DNA from: a virus
Lineage: Duplodnaviria; Caudoviricetes
Reading direction: 5' to 3' (one strand)
DNA: 64,000 nucleotides
Virus record (IMG/VR): IMGVR_UViG_3300024243_000016
Location: 693-64,692 of that record
A program made the position numbers and the translations under genes. Positions 1 through 9,049 of the stretch are shown here, one piece after another; position 1 is the stretch's first letter; each line of letters begins with the position of its first letter. Below the pieces are notes generated by a model. It worked only from the letters and a program-made list of their open reading frames with translations. It was not told the origin of the DNA and did no database searches.

Positions 1-450
1 TGCAAAATTATTCGATGAGCCTCCAACATTACTTTTTTTAGCAGACGAACCCACCAACTCTACAAACAAAATGTCCCCATTACTAGAAACTGTTGGGTTA
101 CTCATGAACAGCCCAGTAGAACCAGTGTTTGTAGATTCTCTATTATAATTCCTGACCAGTGCATTTGAACCACTACTAGACACTATAGGGTTTTCATAAA
201 ACTTAACAACTATTTCATCACTAGCACTAACTCCTATCCTAGCATGAACCTCGACTGCGGCAGGACATTGAAGCAACCACAACTTGGGAGAGCCAGAATC
301 CACATCACCATCAATATCAGTTGCTACATAAAAATCGCCACAATGAACCTTGCAATGAAGTGGACTATCCACACATAAAAACTTAACCTCACTATCAATA
401 TGTGCAACAGTGGAACCACTTACTAAACTAACTGAATTAAAATACGACAT
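1..450 (-). CDS. Hypothetical, probably structural protein; 3' end runs off the window
   Basis: Not in the ORF track. ATG at 450 follows GGGGA. Open frame MSYFNSVSLVSGSTVAHIDSEVKFLCVDSP... continues to base 1 and contains SGS/SAS/SSS motifs. Confidence 0.7.
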   Translation of the reverse strand, partial: MSYFNSVSLVSGSTVAHIDSEVKFLCVDSPLHCKVHCGDFYVATDIDGDVDSGSPKLWLLQCPAAVEVHARIGVSASDEIVVKFYENPIVSSSGSNALVRNYNRESTNTGSTGLFMSNPTVSSNGDILFVELVGSSAKKSNVGGSSNNFA

Positions 451-464
451 AATAAATTATCCCC

Positions 465-1388
465 TTACAATATCAGCCAATCTGACCCACTATGAGCCAA
501 CATTATAGAATTAAATTGTGTAACTATTGTTTGGCCAGCAGAACCATCAATATTCTCACCTATAGATGATTCAATTAATAGACTATTTGGACTACCATCT
601 AACTTTTTAATATGATAAACCTTACCTTCACAATCACCAACATTTGGCAAACTCGCTGTTGCCGCACCTGACCCAACATCAAAAAACACCGCTTGATCAT
701 TAATTTGCAACGTATAATCAGAGGTTTTAGTCTTTACATCTAAAATTCCTGCTGTATATTGACTTCCATAAGCATTATATATTGTACCAGAAACAACAGT
801 ATCCCCGCCAAATAATGCCACACCCTCACCACTTGCCTTGCCTCCAACAGAACCAGAAACTGAAAGGTATGCATCAGAAGCCGGTGGTCCCATTGGATTC
901 ATATTACTACCAACAATAACCCTGTGACCACTAACACCAGAGTCAATTTGTACCCCATTAGGCCCAACTACATTTGCAACCCACTCTGTACCATTTGCAA
1001 CAGGATATCTACCATATATTGTTCCAGAATGAACCGTATCACCACCAAATAAAGCAACACCTTCGCCCCTAGTTTTTCCACCAATTGCACCAGAAACAAA
1101 CAACAACAGATCAGATCCGGCTGAATCTGCGTAATAACTATCTCCTTCGTTGCCTGCTATTGCAACCGAAGATGTCGTATTTATTTTATTTCCACCATTG
1201 TTCCAAATAACAACAGGATCTCCACTATCATCTTCACCAACACTTAACGTATAAACACTTCCGCTTACTTTAGTTTTAAGCTGCTCTAAGTCTGATCTAT
1301 ACCATATATCACCATCTTTAAATCCAGAGTTGCCAGTAGAAACGGGAACTTCTAATTGTCCTTCATGAAAGCTATCGCCAAATCCCAT
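465..1388 (-). CDS. Virion fibre/decoration-like protein with an internal repeat
   Basis: Gly/Ser/Val-rich. Duplicated VSGxxGGKxxGEGVALFGGDTVxSGTIY. C-terminal TKTSDYT...TASLP...ENIDG...DWLIL resembles beta-domains common in phage fibre/baseplate proteins. AGGAG SD. Confidence 0.6.
   Translation of the reverse strand: MGFGDSFHEGQLEVPVSTGNSGFKDGDIWYRSDLEQLKTKVSGSVYTLSVGEDDSGDPVVIWNNGGNKINTTSSVAIAGNEGDSYYADSAGSDLLLFVSGAIGGKTRGEGVALFGGDTVHSGTIYGRYPVANGTEWVANVVGPNGVQIDSGVSGHRVIVGSNMNPMGPPASDAYLSVSGSVGGKASGEGVALFGGDTVVSGTIYNAYGSQYTAGILDVKTKTSDYTLQINDQAVFFDVGSGAATASLPNVGDCEGKVYHIKKLDGSPNSLLIESSIGENIDGSAGQTIVTQFNSIMLAHSGSDWLIL
784..1097 (-). repeat. Two degenerate copies of a ~28-aa repeat within the 307-aa gene
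   Basis: VSGAIGGKTRGEGVALFGGDTVHSGTIY versus VSGSVGGKASGEGVALFGGDTVVSGTIY, about 237 nt apart. Confidence 0.85.
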
Positions 1389-1487
1389 GTGTATAATTCT
1401 CCTACAACAAAATAATTTGCTTCTCTAATATATATAGTTTTAAAGATTAATTAATGACAAAAAAATATTTGAAATTGAAAAGAAATA

Positions 1488-1889
1488 TTAACCAACGCCA
1501 CCCCAACCAGTTTCCTTTGTATTATTTGTTGAGCCAGTGATAGTCCAAAAATTTTGACTTTTTACCACTGTCAACCCTGCAAATAGCTGATATGGAGCAC
1601 TGCCACCAAGAGCCTTAAGCCATAACTCTGAGATTCTAACATCTAACGTTAATGAATCATTCGGTCCTAACTCCACATAATTGTTACCATTTACGCCATT
1701 TTCTGTAAACCCCATTCTGATTGTATCTGAGCTTCCTGTGTTGTGAAGCATAATTTGGCCAGTAACCTTGCTATCAAATGTAATCCTGTTGGCGTTTGCG
1801 GTCGCAATTGAAGAAGTTACCCAAGGGTCTTTTGCCATTCTATATACATCAACATTATTCGGACCAAAGTAAGGTGTTCCAAGTCCCAT
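1488..1889 (-). CDS. Hypothetical small beta-rich protein, probably virion-associated
   Basis: 133 aa with beta-sandwich-like alternation. Contains VTSS, TGSS and ITGS motifs. Lies in the head region. Confidence 0.5.
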   Translation of the reverse strand: MGLGTPYFGPNNVDVYRMAKDPWVTSSIATANANRITFDSKVTGQIMLHNTGSSDTIRMGFTENGVNGNNYVELGPNDSLTLDVRISELWLKALGGSAPYQLFAGLTVVKSQNFWTITGSTNNTKETGWGGVG

Positions 1890-1891
1890 TT

Positions 1892-2215
1892 TTATTCTCT
1901 CCCTGACAATTTATTTTCAATGTCATCTTTAATTATTGTTAACTCGTCAAAAAACCCATCTAATTCTTTCAAAAAAGAATCAACTTCTTGTGGATTAAAA
2001 ATATGCAACAAATCACTACCAATTGTAATGCCTATTTTTTCTAACTTTATAAACGCAGAACTAATATCTGACAATAAACTTCCCAATTCCTCTACCTCAT
2101 TAACACTTAAATAAGGATGTTTTTCCTCATCTTCTGTTGGTGGTAAAAACCTATCTCTATCCAGCTTATCAAAAAACTCCTTTATCAATCGTCTTTCAAA
2201 TTTAATGTCACCCAT
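1892..2215 (-). CDS. Hypothetical acidic helical protein
   Basis: 107-aa ORF tightly packed with neighbours. N-terminal RRLIKE. Confidence 0.6.
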   Translation of the reverse strand: MGDIKFERRLIKEFFDKLDRDRFLPPTEDEEKHPYLSVNEVEELGSLLSDISSAFIKLEKIGITIGSDLLHIFNPQEVDSFLKELDGFFDELTIIKDDIENKLSGRE

Positions 2216-2217
2216 AA

Positions 2218-2451
2218 TTATTCTCCTCCATCTCCTCCATCATCACCACCATCATCGTCACCACCACCATCATCTCCGTAATCACCCCCTGCATCGCCAT
2301 ATCCGCCTGCCAACATATCATCAATATCATCATACCAACCAATATCACCACTAGTTGACATGCCTGTTATCTGCATAGACTTAGGATCAAACCTGTAAAA
2401 CTTAAATTCTTCTTTAATTATATTCTCTATATATTTTTCTAATAAGTTCAC
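2218..2451 (-). CDS. Hypothetical protein with Gly/Asp-rich tail
   Basis: GTG start. N-terminus MNLLEKYIENIIKEE. C-terminus GGDYGDDGGGDDDGGDDGGDGGE. Confidence 0.65.
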   Translation of the reverse strand: MNLLEKYIENIIKEEFKFYRFDPKSMQITGMSTSGDIGWYDDIDDMLAGGYGDAGGDYGDDGGGDDDGGDDGGDGGE

Positions 2452-2463
2452 CTATTTAACTCC

Positions 2464-3102
2464 TTATAATTCACAACTATAAGTATCACATCTATTTAAT
2501 ATTCTATTACAAATTCTATATACTCTATCTGACTTGTTTAAAGTTTTATTTAAGATATTTTCCACTTGTTCTCTTTTCAACTCAACAGCATTATTATGTT
2601 TCATTATTGCATTGTTTGTTGATGGCTCACATACAAGATCAAAAGCAACTAATGTATAACTAGTTACAACTTCATTATCATTCTGTCTTTTTGTCTCACC
2701 AACGCCCCTGGATGAAATCCCAATAACACCACTATCCTCAACAATAACCATAATATCTTTTCCAACTCTTGTTGGCAATATTTTTATTTTACCCCAAACT
2801 TCATTTCCATCCCACCAAATATCTAACATCCTTAAAGCAGTTGACTTTAATGATACTGTCGAATCATCTGGGTGATCTGCCTCTCCCCAAGCTCTATTTT
2901 CTGCAATAATCTTTTTGTAATTATCAACCTCAACCTCTAAAATATGTCTAGGATATATTCTACCGTTAGCGTTTACAGAATCTGCCCGCTGTATAACACC
3001 AGTCAATATAAAGTCTCTCCCATTCTCTATAGACTCTTTTATAAGGCCAGTGTTGTTTTTAACATCAATAAAGAAATCATCTATTAATAGTTTTTTTGAC
3101 AT
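2464..3102 (-). CDS. Prohead core protease (T4 gp21-like)
   Basis: Motifs GVIQRADSVNANGRIYP, GEADHP, GISSRGVG and FDLVCEPS are typical of gp21-type maturation proteases. Confidence 0.92.
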   Translation of the reverse strand: MSKKLLIDDFFIDVKNNTGLIKESIENGRDFILTGVIQRADSVNANGRIYPRHILEVEVDNYKKIIAENRAWGEADHPDDSTVSLKSTALRMLDIWWDGNEVWGKIKILPTRVGKDIMVIVEDSGVIGISSRGVGETKRQNDNEVVTSYTLVAFDLVCEPSTNNAIMKHNNAVELKREQVENILNKTLNKSDRVYRICNRILNRCDTYSCEL

Positions 3103-3155
3103 ACTTAAATTCCTCAGCTAATTATAATTATATTCAATTTTATTAAATTTACTTT

Positions 3156-4229
3156 TTATTTTTTTAATCCCTTATAATACTCTTCTTTCTTATCTAACCC
3201 CACTTCTTGCCAGTACCTACTTTCTGAATGTCTTTTATCCTTTAGATACCATTCTTTTATTCCACTAAACCACTCAATAGCAGGGCCATCAGTTCGATGA
3301 AGCTTTCCATTTAAATACCATTTTTTTGATTCATCAGAGTCTTCAATAGCAGGACCATCTTTTCGATGAAGCTTTCCATTCAACCACCATTCTTTTGTTC
3401 CATCAGCCCACTCAATTGCAGGACCATCTTCTCGATGGCGCTCTCCGTTTAGATACCACGATCTCAATCCACCAGGAGTTTCAATTGCAGGACCATCAGT
3501 TCGATGAAGAAGTCCATTTAGATACCACAATATTGTCCCATCATCCTTTCTTATCATCCCCGTAAATGGAACATACTTAAATATCGAACTTGGAATGTTA
3601 TATTGTTGCAACTTGCCTTTCAGCCAACTTAAATTCTTCTCATTATCCTTAGAATCAAACACCTCTTTGCTATCACCCTCACCAACCGCAACTGCAACCT
3701 TCTCCCCACCATCTTTTGGCAATATGTAATATAATGTTACTTCTCCTAAATATTTTTCAAAATGACTTGAGTTGTTCTTCCATGCCGTACACCACTTCGT
3801 ATTGCTTCCATAATAACAACTGGCTTTATGAGTCTTCGGAATTAATACCACAACTTCATCATTCTCAAATACAATGTCTGCACCCTGTTTCTTTACAGCT
3901 TTTTTTTGTTGACGCTTTGAAGAGTCTGAAACTTTGCTTAATTCACTTCCAAGATCGCTCAAACTATTATATTTATATAAGTCCTTCTTATCACCCTTCA
4001 GCCTTTGAGTGTTTTTATGAAATTTATTAACCAAGTCAATAACACTCGCCTCATTTTCCCCACCATAAACAACTTGTCGAGTCATCCATAAAAGATATTT
4101 ATTGTTACCTGACGGATCTTGACTAGATAAATTGTTAACAAGATCTTTGTTGTTAAAATATTTATTCCGAACATCCTCCAACCTTCCCTCAGCCAACAAT
4201 AATCTAATATATTTTTCTAATAAGTTCAC
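3156..4229 (-). CDS. Modular protein: N-terminal domain paralogous to 5385..7223 plus C-terminal HRxDGPA repeats
   Basis: PKTHKASCYYGSNTKWCT motif. Four WYLNGxxHRxDGPAIE repeats. GTG start with GAGGTG SD. Confidence 0.75.
   Translation of the reverse strand: MNLLEKYIRLLLAEGRLEDVRNKYFNNKDLVNNLSSQDPSGNNKYLLWMTRQVVYGGENEASVIDLVNKFHKNTQRLKGDKKDLYKYNSLSDLGSELSKVSDSSKRQQKKAVKKQGADIVFENDEVVVLIPKTHKASCYYGSNTKWCTAWKNNSSHFEKYLGEVTLYYILPKDGGEKVAVAVGEGDSKEVFDSKDNEKNLSWLKGKLQQYNIPSSIFKYVPFTGMIRKDDGTILWYLNGLLHRTDGPAIETPGGLRSWYLNGERHREDGPAIEWADGTKEWWLNGKLHRKDGPAIEDSDESKKWYLNGKLHRTDGPAIEWFSGIKEWYLKDKRHSESRYWQEVGLDKKEEYYKGLKK
3274..3527 (-). repeat. Four tandem 69-bp (23-aa) repeats encoding WxLNGxxHRxDGPAIE
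   Basis: Plus-strand units beginning tcaat(a/t)gcagg(a/g)ccatc start at 3274, 3343, 3412 and 3481. Confidence 0.92.
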
Positions 4230-4315
4230 AAAGAAGCACCTCTTATCACAAGTTTAAAATTGACCTTTTTTTATTACACATATAAGCCTCCATATCAATA
4301 CCAAAAAAATCAAAT

Positions 4316-4690
4316 TTAGCTCACAATGTATTTTCTAAAAATTCTAATGTAGTACCTACTAAGAGCAGGAGAAAGCGCCTCAAACGATTCTGACTCACTT
4401 TCTTGCTTAATTTTTAAAGTTTCACCAACCGACTCTTTATATTTTTTCTTGAGAATTTTTTCAGTATCATCCAAAATCTCATAACCTTGTTCAAAACATT
4501 GTTTATATTTTGGAGAACCCTTATAATCAATTACATCAGCAACAATATAATATAAAACAAACCCATCATTATCAAACTTTATTTGGATGCCTATGTTTGG
4601 GTTCATACTTTCCAGACTGTCTATAATTGTTTTAATTGCTGATTGTTGATAATCAATCATACCAACATCTTTATTAAACATCATCTTCAT
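4316..4690 (-). CDS. Hypothetical head-region protein
   Basis: 124 aa. GGAGG SD. Overlaps the upstream gene. Confidence 0.65.
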   Translation of the reverse strand: MKMMFNKDVGMIDYQQSAIKTIIDSLESMNPNIGIQIKFDNDGFVLYYIVADVIDYKGSPKYKQCFEQGYEILDDTEKILKKKYKESVGETLKIKQESESESFEALSPALSRYYIRIFRKYIVS

Positions 4691-5045
4691 TTCCTCCAGA
4701 AATTAATTGTTTAGCCCTCTTCAGGGCATCATCTTTGCTTAAATATATACCATGAATATGTTCTGGATCTAGTCCACCCTTTGCAGCCCTCATTAATTGC
4801 ACAATGTTAGACTCATATACAATATCCCCCAAGCTAGGTGAATCAGTCCTTCCAATCTTCTCAACAACATAAAAAGAAACTGGAAAATTATCGAACTCAA
4901 TTTCAATTTCAGGACCAAAGCCAGGATATAACTTTTCTTTAAACTCATTAACAACTTTCAATGCCTGATCAAGTTTGCCACTTTTTTTAGCTTTATTTAA
5001 CTCTTCTTTTAAAAAATTTGCAAATTCACTTACATTAATTTTCAT
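4674..5045 (-). CDS. Hypothetical protein with N-terminal FLKEE leader
   Basis: 123 aa. MKINVSEFANFLKEE. Confidence 0.65.
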   Translation of the reverse strand: MKINVSEFANFLKEELNKAKKSGKLDQALKVVNEFKEKLYPGFGPEIEIEFDNFPVSFYVVEKIGRTDSPSLGDIVYESNIVQLMRAAKGGLDPEHIHGIYLSKDDALKRAKQLISGGNEDDV

Positions 5046-5051
5046 TTTTAT

Positions 5052-5378
5052 TTATTCCCCTACCTTGTTATCTTCAATTGATTGTTTAATTTTTTCCCTT
5101 TTAAACACATCACCATAAAGATTATTATATGTATCTTTTAAATTATCATTAAATTCACTAAAAGTCTTATAAAGATCAATTTCATATCTTTGTTTAACCA
5201 ACTCAAAGAACCCAACTGGGGTTGTGTTTGAAAAACCTTTCATCGCAATAATCACATCCTCAATAACACTCTTAAAATCAGGACTGTTTTTAAATGCATC
5301 CAAACCTAAATTTGCATTATACTTAACCTCTTCCTTTAAAATATCTTTAAGTTCACCTTTTGTTAGCTTTACTTTCAT
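5052..5378 (-). CDS. Hypothetical protein with N-terminal ILKEE leader
   Basis: 108 aa. MKVKLTKGELKDILKEE. Confidence 0.65.
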   Translation of the reverse strand: MKVKLTKGELKDILKEEVKYNANLGLDAFKNSPDFKSVIEDVIIAMKGFSNTTPVGFFELVKQRYEIDLYKTFSEFNDNLKDTYNNLYGDVFKREKIKQSIEDNKVGE

Positions 5379-5384
5379 TTATTT

Positions 5385-7223
5385 TTATCTCCCAATAATT
5401 TTAGAGTTAATTAGATTTTTCTTATACTCTCTATTAAATTCATAATTCTCTTTTTTAACATAATTAGACATAGCCACATCAATAAAAGTTAATAACTTTT
5501 TATATAAATCATCATACAATATATTTATATTTTGATCCAACCCAACAATACCATTTAAATACCCATAAACCTTATTTATGTCTCTTTGTGACTTTCTTTT
5601 TAATTCAATAAAAACATTTTCATATATACCCTTATTTTTAATAATATATTCTGCATTCCAATTGGCGCTATACATAGTCTTCTTTACATTAGTAGTAATA
5701 TCTAAATCGCTTTTATCTATTGAAGCAGGATCTAAATAAGAATTAATCTCTAACTCACCCATCTTATCCTTAAAAAGTTGTCTTTCTTTAGAAGATGTTT
5801 TTTTAGAAAAATTAATCAACATACCCATAACACTATCATGTAAAACGTTTTTAAATACACTACTTAAAAACACACCTAGCTGACTACTAACAAACTCATC
5901 TGCATTAAAATTACCTATACCCTTTTTTCTTGCCAACTCCTCTAAATCAAACTTAAATTCCAAACCCATAAAATATTTATATAAAGAATCTTCACCATTA
6001 TATTCTATATTCTTTAACTTTTTAGACTTTCCAAATAAACCCCTAATCAACCTTTCTTGATTAACATCTTTGCTAATAATATATCCTTCATCAACCAATG
6101 CATCATAAACTATCCCATTTTCAACAATATCTTTTATGCTATCATCAGTTTCTTTCATACGTTCAGCAAACTCCTCATAATCATCATCTTGTTCCATATT
6201 AAAATCGAACCTAACACTTATAAAGTCTCCTTCCTCATCAACCTCAATATAATCACTTGTATAAATATAATTGTTATTTAAAATACCACTAATTGTACCA
6301 TCAATTTCACCAGCACCACTTTCATTAAATCTGTCTCCCTTTTGTAACTTAACCTGAAAGGAACCATACCCCCTGAAATCATACCTCCCAGCATCATATT
6401 CATCATAATCCAGCATAACATAACCATTACTATCTTGTTCAAAGGCATTAACTAACTGCTGTAAATGTTCCTCTATAGCCTTACCAGGAGATTCCTTGTC
6501 AAAACTTTGATTGATGCCATCCTCAACTATATCAACAATTTCTTCATCTTCATCAAACAAATCAAACAATATGCCACCCAAACTATGACCTATTATCTCT
6601 CTATCTAAGACATCAAAAGCAGTTTCAAGATCGGCATTGGCATCAAACACTAAAGCTACCTTGCCACCATAACCTAAATCATCTTCCTCCTTATTACCCA
6701 TAACTCTCTTCCTAAAAACAAAAATAAACGCCTTCCCTTTAGAAGTATATTGATTCCAATAATTTTCGCTTTTTGTATATGATATGCACCATTGCGTTCC
6801 CCTTCCATAATAACAACTAGCATCTTCACTTAATGGTCGCACAACCATATAATTTTTATCGTTATAAATTATATGTGCATTTTCAGTCATCCTTATTTTT
6901 AACTCTTCTTTTTTTTCTTTACTAGTTTTATCTAGATTATTCAACATTGTTCTTAATTCGACCAAAGACTTATAAGAGTTAATATCTTTATTTGTTAACC
7001 TTTGAACATTATCATTAAATCTTTTAATAGCATCAACAATATATAAACTTTGGCCTGGATCTTTAACCCACTCTCTCATTGCCCACATCAAATATTTATT
7101 ATTTCCAGGTAAATATTCTGCAAAATAATCTACCTTCTCTTTATGTTCTGGGAACTTTTCTTTTGCATCACTAACCCTTGACTCAACAAGAAGCATATCA
7201 ATATTTTCTAACAAAATACTCAT
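5385..7223 (-). CDS. Modular protein: N-terminal domain paralogous to 3156..4229, acidic middle, unrelated C-terminus
   Basis: NNKYLMW, RPLSEDASCYYGRGTQWCIS and KVALV align with the paralog. Confidence 0.75.
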   Translation of the reverse strand: MSILLENIDMLLVESRVSDAKEKFPEHKEKVDYFAEYLPGNNKYLMWAMREWVKDPGQSLYIVDAIKRFNDNVQRLTNKDINSYKSLVELRTMLNNLDKTSKEKKEELKIRMTENAHIIYNDKNYMVVRPLSEDASCYYGRGTQWCISYTKSENYWNQYTSKGKAFIFVFRKRVMGNKEEDDLGYGGKVALVFDANADLETAFDVLDREIIGHSLGGILFDLFDEDEEIVDIVEDGINQSFDKESPGKAIEEHLQQLVNAFEQDSNGYVMLDYDEYDAGRYDFRGYGSFQVKLQKGDRFNESGAGEIDGTISGILNNNYIYTSDYIEVDEEGDFISVRFDFNMEQDDDYEEFAERMKETDDSIKDIVENGIVYDALVDEGYIISKDVNQERLIRGLFGKSKKLKNIEYNGEDSLYKYFMGLEFKFDLEELARKKGIGNFNADEFVSSQLGVFLSSVFKNVLHDSVMGMLINFSKKTSSKERQLFKDKMGELEINSYLDPASIDKSDLDITTNVKKTMYSANWNAEYIIKNKGIYENVFIELKRKSQRDINKVYGYLNGIVGLDQNINILYDDLYKKLLTFIDVAMSNYVKKENYEFNREYKKNLINSKIIGR

Positions 7224-7859
7224 TTATTTGATTCCTTTATATCCATTCTGCAATATATATTTAACCAAAGCAATTTCAAAATAACTCATATCTGACAACA
7301 ATTTATCAACTTTTTTATAATAAGAATTAATATAGTTGTCCCTCTTCTTGACCCTTTTAACAACTAAGTCTATCTCCAACAATTCATTACTTTCTAACGA
7401 GCCTAATTTATCAATAACATCCTTAGCATAGATTGATGATATATTCTTTAATCTATTTTTTTGTCCAGCTTTATCATAATTGACCTTCACCATATAATCA
7501 TCATAATCAACATGTAAATTAAAGCCAGCAAAAACCTCTCCAGTGTCTATAAGCTCTACAGAAAAATAAACAACAGGATTGTTAACATCAGTTTCTTCAT
7601 CTGTCTTTATACCACAAACCTGAATTCGTCTATTGTCAACCTTCTCTTCTATAATCTCAATGGCCTTTGCCAAAGCCTCCCTTTTTGCAAACAAAACACC
7701 GTCCAACAAATCTCTCAACTGAGCGTTTGAGGCTAATGTTTGCTTTGACAACCTTGCTGTAATTTCTTCAAAGTTTGGTGTGCTATCAAAAACAACTTGT
7801 TCATTTAAGATATGTTCAAAATAACTCTTTATTGATAAATTCAGATCATTATTACTCAT
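7224..7859 (-). CDS. Hypothetical head-region protein (start probably MSNND at 7859)
   Basis: The track ORF starts at 7895. The ATG at 7859 follows the upstream stop and a GGTGGG SD-like motif. Confidence 0.6.
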   Translation of the reverse strand: MSNNDLNLSIKSYFEHILNEQVVFDSTPNFEEITARLSKQTLASNAQLRDLLDGVLFAKREALAKAIEIIEEKVDNRRIQVCGIKTDEETDVNNPVVYFSVELIDTGEVFAGFNLHVDYDDYMVKVNYDKAGQKNRLKNISSIYAKDVIDKLGSLESNELLEIDLVVKRVKKRDNYINSYYKKVDKLLSDMSYFEIALVKYILQNGYKGIK

Positions 7860-7863
7860 AATA

Positions 7864-8184
7864 TTAACCCACCTGTTCAATAGCAAGGATTTCACAACTA
7901 GAATTCTCTTGCATTATTTTACCCTCTACGTCGTCAACTGATTCAGCTAGCACTACTAAAATCTTTTCCTTGTTATCTTCAGTAATAAACATGACTTCAT
8001 ACAGGTTAAGCTCTTTATTTTCAATTAAAGCCCTTTCCTTTTTATTTATATCCCTCTTAATAATGCCAACAGAAGCCAACAATTTATTATTAATAACAAC
8101 CTTCTCTTCATTTAGAATTTCATTTTTTTGTTCAATTGCACTTTCAAACAATTTTCTTAAAAATTTCTTTTCTTTCTTATTCAT
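7864..8184 (-). CDS. Hypothetical protein
   Basis: 106 aa. GAGG SD. N-terminal LRKLFES. Confidence 0.6.
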   Translation of the reverse strand: MNKKEKKFLRKLFESAIEQKNEILNEEKVVINNKLLASVGIIKRDINKKERALIENKELNLYEVMFITEDNKEKILVVLAESVDDVEGKIMQENSSCEILAIEQVG

Positions 8185-8198
8185 CTTATATATTCCTC

Positions 8199-9047
8199 TT
8201 ATTTATTTGCTTCGTTAATAAATTCTGCTGCATTAAGCCAGCATTTAACACATTGTTCACTGCCAATCTTCATGTCATTATTATCAAAATAACCCTCTAC
8301 CTCGTTAATAGCCTTCATTGTTATATCACTTTCAAGAATATCATTGCTTTCCTTCAAAACATTTAAAGCCTTCCTTATTTCTATTTTTGATTCAACAACA
8401 ACATTCTCAATAGAATCATTTAATATACCAGTCTTTGCAGCCAACAATCTAATTTGAACATCATTTAACTTGTTATTATATTTTTCAAAAAACTTTTTCT
8501 TCATAACAGAAATAACAACATTATTATAGACATCTTTGTTGCTGACCTCAAACTTACTTGCAACCTTGTCTTCCTTTAAAAGATATTCAACAACATCTTC
8601 TTCAAACTTAACAATATGCGCTTTATTATTAATACTTCCATTTCCCCTATATTCATTTAATAAATTATGAATAGAGGCAAATTTATCATAATTGTCAACC
8701 CGCTCATTGTAAAAAGATGGACCAAAGCTATAATTAATCTCTTTAATTAACTTGCTCTTTTCTTTTTCTACCCTTTTAAAATTAACTTTAGATACTGCCC
8801 CTTTAATTTCTGAGAGGATTCTATATGCAGCTTCTTTTGTCTTTATGTTTGTGTCAGTTATAGCAGAAACAATTCTTAACTCTTGCTTGATTAATGAGTC
8901 ATCATGAAAGTTTCTATCGAAAACTTCTACAGCCCTCTCAGCCTCATGGAAATCTTCGTCTATTAAGCATTTAGAAACATACCTAATAAAAAATTCACAA
9001 ATAAGTGCAACGTTTCGTTTTTTATTATGAGAAATAGATTTTTCCAT
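8199..9047 (-). CDS. Portal-adjacent helical protein of unknown function
   Basis: 282 aa directly downstream of the portal. N-terminal HNKKRN motif. Confidence 0.6.
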   Translation of the reverse strand: MEKSISHNKKRNVALICEFFIRYVSKCLIDEDFHEAERAVEVFDRNFHDDSLIKQELRIVSAITDTNIKTKEAAYRILSEIKGAVSKVNFKRVEKEKSKLIKEINYSFGPSFYNERVDNYDKFASIHNLLNEYRGNGSINNKAHIVKFEEDVVEYLLKEDKVASKFEVSNKDVYNNVVISVMKKKFFEKYNNKLNDVQIRLLAAKTGILNDSIENVVVESKIEIRKALNVLKESNDILESDITMKAINEVEGYFDNNDMKIGSEQCVKCWLNAAEFINEANK

Positions 9048-9049
9048 TT

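Noticed and set aside
3274-3527. Possible CRISPR array (regular 69-bp period)
   Set aside because: The units are degenerate, in-frame protein-coding repeats without unique spacers or cas genes.
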